A DNA stretch of 62,696 bases, counting the filler, from Rhabdomonas costata (Eukaryota): assembly GCA_019059605.1 (NCBI GenBank). It is 26 parts of 26 records of this genome, joined end to end, with 100 filler letters (N's around TTAATTAATTAA, not from the genome) between each part and the next. Parts side by side here need not be neighbours in the genome. Positions count along the whole stretch, not along the records: positions 48,321 to 50,635 come from JAHMHO010004091.1; positions 50,736 to 53,049 come from JAHMHO010004092.1; positions 53,150 to 55,463 come from JAHMHO010004093.1; positions 55,564 to 57,877 come from JAHMHO010004094.1; positions 57,978 to 60,282 come from JAHMHO010004095.1; 21 more parts are not named here. The stretch is one strand, 5' to 3'. Shown one piece after another: positions 48,851 to 59,712 of the stretch. Made by a program: the position numbers and the translations under genes. Each line of letters begins with the position of its first letter. Position 1 is the stretch's first letter. The notes beneath the pieces are model-generated. The model did not search any database, had not been told where the DNA came from, and saw nothing but the letters and a program-made list of their open reading frames with translations.

Positions 48851-50735
48851 ACGCTTGGGCTCCCAGGAACTGTGCCGTGTCCCTTGTATAAATCTTAGGA
48901 CGCACAAGCAGGACATCGATGTCGACGTTTCATTATCCAATCATATCGCACGATCTCGTTCCATCCGTTGACCGGCAAGAGGGTAAATTCCAAAGCCGCG
49001 ACAAAGACCCCATAGAGCACGTCAATGTCGGTCAACAGGTAGTCGAGAATGGGGTGAAAAAGAGGTTTAGCGAGGGATCCACGCCTTCCAACAATACGGG
49101 ACACACGTAGCCCAGGTGGTAGGGCACAATGAACCAAAGACCGAGAAAGGATGCCCCAGCGCACTTTGTAGCACCTGACGCGGAGCTACGGTTTGCAACA
49201 CCAACCAGGCGCACTGGAGGCGGTGAAAGGAGGGGCCATATTCCACGGAAGGGCGGGGCGTACGATATAAAGCGAACGCAAATGCCATAGAAATAGAAGA
49301 GGATGATTGCGCCAAAGACGCCGTTAAGGATCATCATATGCAGCGGGGGTGCGGGAAGTGGGCTTGGTAGATGCCCCGGCTCACTTCGGATATTCCGGCG
49401 GAGCCCAGAGACCTATTCTCAACCCAGCCAACCAAAATGGCCCCGTGGATGTCGGGATTTTGTAAAGAACCATGGCTGAGAACCAATGGTCGTGGTTGAA
49501 CCGTAATGGTCAAGGACGTAACGAACATAATAGTTAAAAGGTATACTCGATTCCTCGACGCCCCCAACCCCGACGGAGGCAGGGAAGCACTTTCACAGGG
49601 ATGTGGCCACGGTTGCATCGCAGTGCGGTCTTTTGAATGCCGGGTTTAAAGCCGAAATTGATATAACGCCCGGGCGGAACCGAAAGGCACTGCATTGAAC
49701 ACGGGCGTGGTCCAAGTGAGCAAACGCGCACGCCTGCACAGCAACAAGGATCAACCAGGACGGGAAAGGCAGTTACGCCCTGGCGCGTAGCGATTTGATT
49801 TGAAGCCATCGCCCCCGCAGTGGGCTGTTTGAAGTCGATCATTTTTGAAATGAAAAAAGCGGTGCACCACAATTATAATGAGGGCTGAATGGGCAGGGAA
49901 TAACTGCGCGACATATGTGCTATTTCAGTCCTCCGAAAAAGTGCCCATCCAGGTCAGGGTGCTTGCCGTCAGCTTCCGCCTGTGTGCTACTTTCATCGTT
50001 TTGCACGCGACCGTGAAGCCCATTTGACGCGCATTCCTACCTTACGGGTTTTTTCATTGCAAACAGAAAGACGAAAATACATGAGGAAGGATCGGACAAA
50101 CCTGTACAAAAACATGGCGTGCCCCACACTGCAACTGAGGTTGGATATCTTCGGGGACCAGACCCGCGACCGCACAGGTTGCCAGTGAACAACCAATAAT
50201 GCTGTTGAACATGGGCTCCAAGACCATCCGAAATAACACCTCTGCGGCCCACAAACACAGCCTCATCATTGACTGTCCGCCACGGCCTCCAACAGTCTGC
50301 CCTCCATTGCGCTGCACCACTTCCACATCACAAATCTCACCTGCCACACTTATCCGCCAAGGCGAGACAGCGATACGAAAGCAGTTTCAACCAGCGATGA
50401 CGGTCCGCCAGAAAAGCCAGCGAAAAGCAGAGTACCTCGCAGCCCATCCGAAATGCATCGCACCGCATCGGGGAGCTTCCAAAAACAACAGGTCGAGCAA
50501 ACTTGCGCGTCATAAATAAATGAAGACGCATTTTTATTGCAGCACAGTATCCTTTTCATAAATATAAAACCTCATCAAAGCGGAAAACATCGAAGCACAA
50601 AACTCACAGCAAAACGTCAAGGTACAACCAACAACNNNNNNNNNNNNNNNNNNNNNNNNNNNNNNNNNNNNNNNNNNNNTTAATTAATTAANNNNNNNNN
50701 NNNNNNNNNNNNNNNNNNNNNNNNNNNNNNNNNNN

Positions 50736-52528
50736 GACAGCCGGAGGATGCCAACCGCCGGCTGTCCCGAACCAGAGGCTACGTCAAAGCAAGCACTGTC
50801 CACAGCTGCGCCTTTCTTGTGATGGGTGTAAAGGAATACCAGGTTAAGGTGAAGGACGAGGATGAGTTGGACCGTGAAATCAAGCTGCGGTACAATACGA
50901 GGGTGGACGAATGCCTTCGCAGACTCAGGCGCAGGAGAACCTCAAGAAAAGCGTCGCCGCTCAGGTTTTTTTCTTCATTCGAAAGACCCTTATGGGCTTT
51001 TTGAACAGCAAGCTCTGTCCGGAGAAGTTTCGGTCCCAACCAACGGCGACCTATTTCCCAGCCCGGCGGTGGCACCAGCGTTTCGATCTCCCCGTGGGAG
51101 TCCCGAGGGAGTTCGGGAACTTCTACGTGGAGATCGCGCTGTTGGTATGGCAGAAGATGATTCCTGGCCCACGCGGCCTTGCCCCGGAGATTGTTACGTA
51201 CGACTCCGTCGTGAAGTGTGCCCAGCTCTCCCGTGCCCCAGTCTATTGCACAGCTTTACTGGTGGACGAGTCCCAAGACCTCAACGGCTGCCAGATCGAC
51301 TGGATCGCGTCCCAGGCTGAGGGAGGAACTCAGGTCTTTGTTGTGTGGGATGCTGTTCAAACAATTTACAGCTTCCGTGGGGCCAAGAGCATTCACTTGC
51401 TGCAGCTGGAAAACACCAAGGATCTCCCGCTTAACAAAACCTGGCGGTTTGGCCCCCAGATCGCCGCAGTGGCCAACACCATTTTGTTTTGCAAGCAACA
51501 GCAACACTCTCCGCAGACGGTTTCGCTGAATGATGCTGAGAAACTTCCGACGTGGATTCCATAGCGTCTTGAGGGATGCGGAGGCGATGGAATGGTCACA
51601 ACGCTGAGTGCGCTGGAGGGCGACTTGCCCACTCCGGTGACCATGCTTGCATACAGTAACTTGGAACTGCTGGAAACTGCGCTTGCCCTCCTTGGCATTG
51701 AAGCTGCTGGGCAAAGCGGACGCAGAGAGCCACGACGTCACCTTAAGATTGCCATCAACGGAAAAGGCGCTAATTCGGGCATTCAGAAATGGCAATCCGT
51801 CAAGAAACAGCTTCGAGAGTTCTTTGAGGTGTACATGCAGCGTTGCAACACACTTCCTTACTCAGTTTGGAAGGGTCTCACCGGTGTAACGTGGGAGCAG
51901 GTGATCGCAGATATTCAAAACCTTGAATTGACTGTCTATGTTCTCTACGTGCAGCTACAAGGAGAATACCATGATGGTTTTTGCGGAGTTCGAGCGGGAA
52001 GTCTTGGACCGTCGACACTGCTGCGCAGAGGCTGACGTGGTCCTCTCCACGATTCATGCAGCCAAGGGCATGGAGTGGGATCACGTTCAGGTCCTGGATA
52101 AGGGTTTGAAATCGCTAGCGATGTTTGCTGTTCAGTGTTTCCCTCCAGGCAACCGACGTGCTGCATACATGGAATGGGAAAACTATGGGGACTTCTACAA
52201 TCTTTGGTATGTGGCGCTGACCCGGGCACGCAAGGTCCTTTCCGTGCCCCGTAAGTTCATGGAGCTGCTGGAAGATCTCAAGCAAATCGAGACTCTGCAC
52301 CGCTTCCATTGCAATTCCGTGCGTCCCATTGCAGAATGCAAATCTGAGCCGAAAGATACCCTGCTGCCCAATGGCAGTGACCTTCCTGCTTGCGGACCTG
52401 TGTCTGTCGTGTCCCGCCTTTCCGTGGGAGTAGTGGAAACGCTGTACGCTGATATTTGTCGTCCATGGCAAGTGGAGATGCAGCTGCAGGGAGGATTGTG
52501 TGTGGATCATTATTGCTGGAGCAAATGA
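50736..52528 (+). pseudogene. Intronless, disrupted FBH1/UvrD-like (superfamily 1) DNA helicase
   Basis: Ordered motifs: STVHSCAF, LLVDESQDLN, VVWDAVQTIYSFRGA, LNKTWRFGPQIAAVAN, LSTIHAAKGMEWDHV, NLWYVALTRARK. Lesions: a frameshift at about 50920-50950, an in-frame TAG at 51562-51564, a frameshift at about 51955, and G->W in motif III (VGD->VWD). The 5' end is cut by the contig start. Confidence 0.88.
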
Positions 52529-55500
52529 TTTCGTCATTGTGGGACTGCGTGTATTGTATATCTGTGATGCCGTGCCCCAAGGCAGACTTGACGATGTTTT
52601 TTCTGAGCGCATTCGCTGACATATGCACCGTGCATTCCAGTGCTAAAATTCGTAATGGCAGTTTTTTTGTCCCTTTCCAGCTGCCTTTACACGAGAACTA
52701 TTGGGAGTTCTGCTGCGCGGTTTTTCTAATTTTGTTTTGGTACTTAACCTTGCACTATTGTTGAGTTTGAGGAGAAGACTCACACGGTTGCTGTATTTAA
52801 TGTGCATCGCATTTGGCACACGCACAAGCATGCACACTCACCCACTTAAGGCTTTAGGCGGGACAACCTCAACAAGTCGACAACACGAAGCAAAAGCACA
52901 AAGTTCGGCTCCCTTCCCTTCCCCACACTCAAAGCCACACCGCTCGGATATTAGGGTTCGTTTGTTCGTTCGCTTTCCCAGACGGCGCCTTCTGGCTTAT
53001 TTGCACGTAGTTTCCGCGGCCCTCTGTAAAAGCGAACGAACAAAACAACNNNNNNNNNNNNNNNNNNNNNNNNNNNNNNNNNNNNNNNNNNNNTTAATTA
53101 ATTAANNNNNNNNNNNNNNNNNNNNNNNNNNNNNNNNNNNNNNNNNNNNGTGTGTTTTGCCGAGGGTTGCTGTGGTATCCCTTCTTTTACTATTTAAGTA
53201 AAAACTATTTTTATTTATGTTTTATCCTCATTTTTATGCTTTCATCTCTTGGTCACTTCTTTTTTCTATATCATGTCTTGCCTGTTTTGGAATGTGTTTC
53301 TTTATATCGTCACTGGGTCTGCAGGTTTTTTTCAGGTCGATATGCTGTTTGGTTTATAACAATCTGTCTGTTTTTCTCACTTCACGACATCCTCTCTTTT
53401 TACTCTCTTTGCCTTTTGTGGCGCCCACCATCTCTGCTTGGTTCCCTCAAGCTTTGGGTTCCAGGTCGTTTGCGAGGGCAGATTTTTATATGGCGTTCGC
53501 CCCCCAACCTGAGATAACCATACCATGACGTCATGATTGCGACCAGTTGTGAACTGTTGTGGTGCAGTGACTTGCGATATGTCACAAATGTCATGAAAAG
53601 CAAAACATGAAAATAGTCTGAACGGTGAACGAAAAACTTAAAATCACATCAATGCTCTCTCATGCCCTTGGCCCGCAGACCAGAGACAATATTGAAGCCG
53701 CCAGACAACAGCTCTGCCGGACTTGGAGAAATCCAATTTCAGGCAAGCGTTTTCCGCTCTGGTATTGAAGGCAACTCCTGCTTCCAAATAATGGGGTTGA
53801 AACACATTAACAAAACACAGCATACGTGCATGCAGAAGATAGCGAGGACATCGTCTTTGCCTTAATGTGCAAAATGTGATTGTACTCCTAGTTTTAGCCA
53901 TCATACCCGTGCGTCTTGTAGATGCGATATTCATGCCTTTGCAGAACTCCCCAAGCTGCCACTTAACTGAATCTGCACTGACTTTTTGTCGAAACTGTAG
54001 CACACACAAAATGCATAGGTTGTGCCCCATCCAACAACAAGTGGAGCAGGGGGCAGGGTGAAGAGTGTTGAAAAAGTTGTTAAAGTCAAGCTGGAGTGCT
54101 TCACTTCCATGAAAGATGGCTTTGGCGGCTTCAGCAACGCCAATTCCCAGCTGAAGTAGTGCGAGCTGGTTCAGTGCTATGCGATATGTCGTGGCTGTGG
54201 TGCGAGTCGTTGAGAATAATAAGTGGCTTTGTATCTTGGGACCACACACCGCGTTGTTCGTTGACGGCTTCGTTGAATCCAAGTTGTAGGTTGCTTGCTG
54301 TGTTGCGACTTGCGGTGGTTGGCTAGTGCTTTGGTGTGATGTGGAGTGGTTCATCTCGCGATAACGGGGCAGTCGCTTCCAGGTTCCTTGCCAGCGGAAG
54401 CACGATGTAACGGTAGCCCGCAGTCTGGGAACTCTATCCTACTCAAGTACGAGCTTCATCCTAGTGGTCACCGCTTCGCGGCCACTGTAAGTTCGTTTTC
54501 TCTGAGACAATTTCAAAGAAGAAAATTCAAAATCATAAATGGCGTTTTCCTTATTTCACCTTATAAGCCAAATAGTTGGTGGTTTCTTGGTTGGCTTTAA
54601 GATGCATCTGTTGTGGGTCGTGATTTTTTCGTAGCTGCTGCATGTACAGCCTCCAGTCGCCTCTATCACTTCGGCGGCAATTTCCAGTCACAGTCACCCC
54701 GACGTGTCCTGCTGCCAGGCCAACATCGGTTTTCGGGTTTTTGGGTTGTCAACATTCGGCGGTGCCTCTCCCGAAACGATGGGTATCAACGGTGACCTCA
54801 GTTGCCACCGTGTGAGCGCTTCGGCAAACGGGAGGGCCGAGTGCTTGCCTAGCAAGCCGTGAAACGACTCGCATGGAAAGTGTGGAGCGGAGCTTCTCCT
54901 AGGAGTCGAAAATGCTTTCTCAGAGACCCCAGCCTCGAGGCCAAGGACTGCCACGAGTGGCGCGAGTGCACGTGCCTTTGAGTCAGAACCCCTGACGGGG
55001 ATCTCCGGGTCCATGGAGATTCGAATCGTCGCCCGGGGCACTCCAGGAAGGGTTCGGTGGCCCCATAGGGGACCACCAGCTTTGGTCCCATCGTCGGATC
55101 CCACCCTTGCTGTCCTGAGGGCCTGAGCGGGTGCTCGTGTGGGCGAGCGAGGACTTCGCGAGAAGGTATGGGGATGGAAGTAACCAGAAGAGCGGCGAAC
55201 CCCCAACCCATGTTACTCTCGCCCATATGCTGGCAGTGAAATAGTGGTTGGTCGCCATGCCCTGCACTGGCCTTCAGCGATCCCCACAATGGGATAGTCG
55301 GCTGCATATTCGACACAACGGGTTGACAACCTGTGGCGTCGAAGCCCACTGCAGGGCAAATTCCACACTTTGTCTGCATGACGGCAGTTGAGGCGAAGAG
55401 CTACCGGTGGGTGTCTGGGCAAATCCACCCACCAGTCAACCTCCTGCACCCCAACCAAACACCNNNNNNNNNNNNNNNNNNNNNNNNNNNNNNNNNNNNN

Positions 55501-55742
55501 NNNNNNNTTAATTAATTAANNNNNNNNNNNNNNNNNNNNNNNNNNNNNNNNNNNNNNNNNNNNTGTGTTGTGTTCATAATTGGATTCTGACTGGTTTTTA
55601 TTGGATTAGATGTATTAGCCGTGTGTCCGGCTGCTCCTTCGTCTCTTTGGGAGATTAAGTACCTGAGGAGGTACGCACACCCACTCCTCCTGCGGTTCTG
55701 TTTCTTGGAATCACCAGAAAGTCAGTAATTTCTTTGCTTTAG

Positions 55743-57570
55743 GAGACCGAATATGCGGCTTACTCCGACCTGCTGCGGCGGTACAATTGGTGGGATCCCG
55801 GGCGGTGGATGGACTTGCCGGGCAACCACGACAGCTTCGGCGTGGATACCCACAACAGCGCTGCGGACTTTTTCCGTGAGCATGGGGTGTACGGAAGAGC
55901 GTTTGGCCCAGGTGCTGGTCTGCTTTCATCAGCCTGGAGCTGACCATAAACGGAACTCAAGCTGGGACACGCGTTTTTTTAACGCGTTTCAAACACAAGC
56001 TATATGTTGCAATGCAGCGCAAGGCACCGATCGGAGGGATTCGTTTTGCAGCAGTGGCGATGAAAAGAATCGTCTTCCAGTTGTTTCGTTCACCAAAGGT
56101 CTTCGAACAAGGCCCAGGTTTTGGGGTCGTTGATGGCGTGTCGTTTTTTGGAAGCTATATCGCCCTGGCTGACTCCTGATTGGCTTCCCGAGGCTTTGCA
56201 ACAGAACAACACATTTATCAAGATTCAGGGTCCTGCGTCATCCAGATTAGTGCCAGCGAGCCCGTTACTGCCCACTGTCGCATAAAACATGCCTGAAGAC
56301 GGCTGTGCCGCCCGCTCCTGCTGCCGCCACTTTATCTGTGTGATTCACGTTGCGTGGTTGTGGGAGGTAATCATTTTTTTGGCGCCCACTGGGGTCTTTC
56401 ATGCTCAGCGGACCTTCCGAAAAGTCGTCTGTGCGTCAGCGGAAGTCCGTCATGAAGATGGTGCTGTGAATGCGCATGTGTTGCTTGTCGTAGGGTCCCC
56501 ATCATTCTCCTTGGCTGAACGGTCCTTCGCTGGGGATGGCTCCAGCTCTGGAGCCGTCCGGTTTGTTCTGATAGACCTCAGCCCTGCTACATCCTTGGGC
56601 AACTTCGTGGCGGGCCACCTCTACCCTGCATCGCACAAAAGGTCCCATTCTGCATGTTCTTTTTGATGAACAAAATCAAGCCGTTCGTGGCATTGCAACC
56701 ACAGTGATCGACTTTGCTCACGGCATTGCATTTTCCCAAGGAAGCCTTTGGTGCGCCACTCTGTGAATCACATTGGACCGATGTGCATCTGAATCTCTAA
56801 CAGTCTTTCATATTGTAAATTGGAATGCCTCGCTTCCAGGTGATTTTTATCACCATATCTTTTGCGAGTCATCGCGGTGGCCAATGCAGTTACACCCATA
56901 CCAACGGTGTGGTACCGGCATTTCTTGCGCCACCATCGCAATGCAGCAGAACAAGAAGTTCTGATTATTACGCATCGCTCGTGTCTCCATTATCAGCTGT
57001 GTCGCGTTCTGGCAGTGATGCGTCTTATGATTACATGCCCCGGCCCTCCCTCGCCGCTGCACCCCCGGCGGAGCTGATTCATGTACCATAATCAGCCAGA
57101 AATACAAACTCCGATCAATATCCCTCACCGCCCAGAGAAGTGCATGAATCCTTGGTTCCGGTTCTCAACACAGCTTTTCAAACTCATGTCTCGTCGGAGC
57201 GAAGCGGTACCCGTTTTATAATTTTACACGTCCGTTAGTTTTCCACTGTGGCTGCACTCTTTCGCAGGCTTTCAAGCCTTTTGCAGACCTCCAACTCCGG
57301 TCATCTCCCGACGACCTTTGTCGCCGCACACTTCCCGCTGAGCTTTATTTACACTGCACCCCCGCCTGGGCACCTGCCACGGCCCGTGTGCCCGACAACT
57401 CTGCTGCGCGGTCCTGCGCCCACCCTGGTGCATACGCTGGCCTCAGGCAATGCCACAGCGCTGCTGTGTGGACACATACACAAAGACCGGGGTTATGCCC
57501 GCCGTGGGAGCCGTTCCTCGGCGCTGGGGACTGGGTCCTTCTTGGAACTGGAGGTGCAGAGCTTTATCAG
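55743..57570 (+). CDS. TMEM62: TMEM62-like calcineurin-type metallophosphoesterase (partial, 3 exons)
   Basis: Exons 55743-55911 (EYAAYSDLL...WMDLPGNHDSFG), 56494-56641 (VRFVLIDLSP...NFVAGHL) and 57268-57570 (FVAAHFPLSF...LLCGHIH...LELEV) join in frame. GNHD, H and GHxH are metallophosphoesterase motifs, and LELEV after GHxH is typical of TMEM62. Confidence 0.85.
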
Positions 57571-58201
57571 GTGTGCCAGTCTGACCGCCCGACGCAAAGA
57601 CGGATCGGGAGCTGTGGTCACTTTTTCAAGGACACATGAGGACCTTGGCCAGCTTTTTTCTGTGAAACAAAGGAAGCTGAGAGTTGCCGATGGGAATGCT
57701 CAGTTACTATACCTCTAGCCGTCATCATAGGACCTGCGTCGGTGTGCCAGCACCGCCCCCCACCCCACCCCACTGGTCGTCGTGCGCTCTCAGTCTCACT
57801 CCTCTACAAAACGCGATTTAAAACACCATTGAGGTTCTCAAAGACTTCCACCCAACAACCCAACCACACCCAACACCNNNNNNNNNNNNNNNNNNNNNNN
57901 NNNNNNNNNNNNNNNNNNNNNTTAATTAATTAANNNNNNNNNNNNNNNNNNNNNNNNNNNNNNNNNNNNNNNNNNNNGGTGTGGGGTGGCTCCGCCCACT
58001 ACAGGCTGACCATGCGTAACGTAGCGGCAACATTGAGATACCTGGCGTAGTTGGGGTCAGATAAAAGACACGGTGAAGCCAGGCTGGAGCGTACACAAGC
58101 CCCATGATGAGGTAAGGCGCCGGTACAGGTGGCACACACTACTCAACCCTGGAGGCTGCTCCCGATTATGGCGCGGGAGGTGGGTTGACCGTCCACCCTG
58201 G

Positions 58202-58390
58202 TTTTTCGGGTCAAATCTGGTAGTTTTGTGGGGATGGGAGTTTTGGTCTAGCAACAGGGGATTTCTTTAGTTTCGGTTTAATGCGGTAGCAAATTTCAAA
58301 ACAAGCCGTTTGGGTCAAGTGACCAAAAGGTCCGCGGGGGAAAAGCGGTACCAAAGGAAACCAAACGCAGGAAGAAAAGCACGAAAAGAC
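58202..58390 (+). repeat. Dispersed repeat, copy 2
   Basis: Matches 28691-28891. The element may continue to the right, where the other copy is cut off. Confidence 0.9.
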
Positions 58391-59431
58391 AAGGGGTGTT
58401 GTGCAGGGAACAGACAGTAGCAATGGTCAAGGGGAATGGCCGGAAAGGTCATTTAGCCAAAAAGGAGGAAACCAACCCCACCGGAACGCGGAAGCGCAAA
58501 GCACCCACGCCACGATTCCGCGCTCCCAGCCTCCACCCGCAGCTTAACTACCGGGCGAAAGCAGCGGAGACTTGAGGCCGGAAGAGTGAAAGAGGGTGGC
58601 GGGAAAGAAGCCCAAGGCCTGACACCTGAGAAACACTTCAACGCCAACCCCAACCCTAACCGTATTAGGAAGGCGGCGCAGGCGAACAGCAACCAAAGCA
58701 AGGCCGCGGCAACGGTAGAGACAACTGCCCCATTCTTTGGGGACCAAGCATTACGGTAAGCGGACTACCGGGCCGGGAACTTTGGGAACAGTCCGGGGTG
58801 TAACGCCCAAAGACCGCAGGAGTTTTCCAAAGCGCCCGCCCGTGCGCAAGAGTGGCCGCCACCACGCCAACACGGGCCACTGAATTCGTACGGTCTCGAA
58901 AGCGCGTTGCCCGGACGGCCTTGCACTTGTACGCCGGAGACCAAACATTTGGCGATAGCACCGTGCCCGTGTGGAATACGGTGTGGAATACGGGGGGGGG
59001 GGGGCGTCAAGGCATTCTCCGCCAGCGTTGCCATTGGGCCCGTTGCGTCGTTTCCGCTGGAAAACTGGCCCTGTGCCTTCAGCGCAACAAAGAACCGGAA
59101 GTGCTTGCTATTTTTTGCGAATCATTTTTCAACCGGCACCTGCACCAAACTCAAAAAATTTGTAAAGATGTGTTGGCACTACTGGTCCGCCGTAGTTCCT
59201 TAATTCCAATGCAGCCGAAATCTCTTTGTTCATTTCATGAAGGGCAACGGAAAACATTTGCCGACAGCGGAGGTGCACACACAACAAATCGTTGGGTGTT
59301 CATACAGATAGCTCGCCCTTTGAAACCCCCGGTGGGGGCCGAAGGGGGAGTGCGAACGAGAAGGGGCAGCGCTCTATGAGACTTTATACAAGGACTTTTC
59401 ACACTCATTGTCCGAGCCCCCAGAGAGAAGC

Positions 59432-59668
59432 TCACTTCTTCTTGGAGGCGGTCTTCTTAGCGGCCTTCTTGGGGGACGCCTTCTTCGCCGGCGAGGCCTT
59501 CTTCTTGGGAGAGGCCTTCTTTTTGGGTGACGCAGCCTTCTTGGGCGAAGCTGTCTTCTTGGGAGAAGCGGCCTTCTTCGGAGATGCCGGCTTCTTCGGC
59601 GAGGCACCGGCGGGGGCTGGAGCCGCGGCCGCAGCCATGGATCCACAACAACACCTCTTGGCAGGCAT
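59432..59668 (-). CDS. H1: Euglenozoan-type linker histone H1 without globular domain, intronless, 78 aa (68 aa if started at 59638)
   Basis: MPAKRCCCGSMAAAAAPAPAGASPKKPASPKKAASPKKTASPKKAASPKKKASPKKKASPAKKASPKKAAKKTASKKK*. It has seven SPKK motifs and is Lys/Ala/Pro-rich; synonymous variation between the repeats indicates selection on the protein. Confidence 0.85.
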   Translation of the reverse strand: MPAKRCCCGSMAAAAAPAPAGASPKKPASPKKAASPKKTASPKKAASPKKKASPKKKASPAKKASPKKAAKKTASKKK

Positions 59669-59681
59669 TGTTTTAGATGGG

Positions 59682-59712
59682 CTGGACACAACGAAGCACA
59701 ACAGAAACCAAA
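59682..59712 (-). promoter_or_regulatory. T-rich tract + CAG upstream of the H1 start (candidate trans-splice acceptor)
   Basis: Minus strand ...TTTGGTTTCTGTTGTGCTTCGTTGTGTCCAG ends 13 nt before the ATG at 59668. Confidence 0.5.

Noticed and set aside
53644..55379. 236-aa and 176-aa minus-strand ORFs as a recombinase or transposon gene
   Set aside because: No R-H-R-Y tyrosine recombinase tetrad, DDE triad or other recognisable motif.
1365..57570. Euglenid nonconventional (non-GT/GC-AG) introns in the conserved genes
   Set aside because: Every junction I could anchor by protein motifs is explained by GT-AG or GC-AG.
58640..58665. Telomeric repeat (CCAACCCCAACCCTAACC)
   Set aside because: Only one perfect CCCTAA unit, and it is internal.
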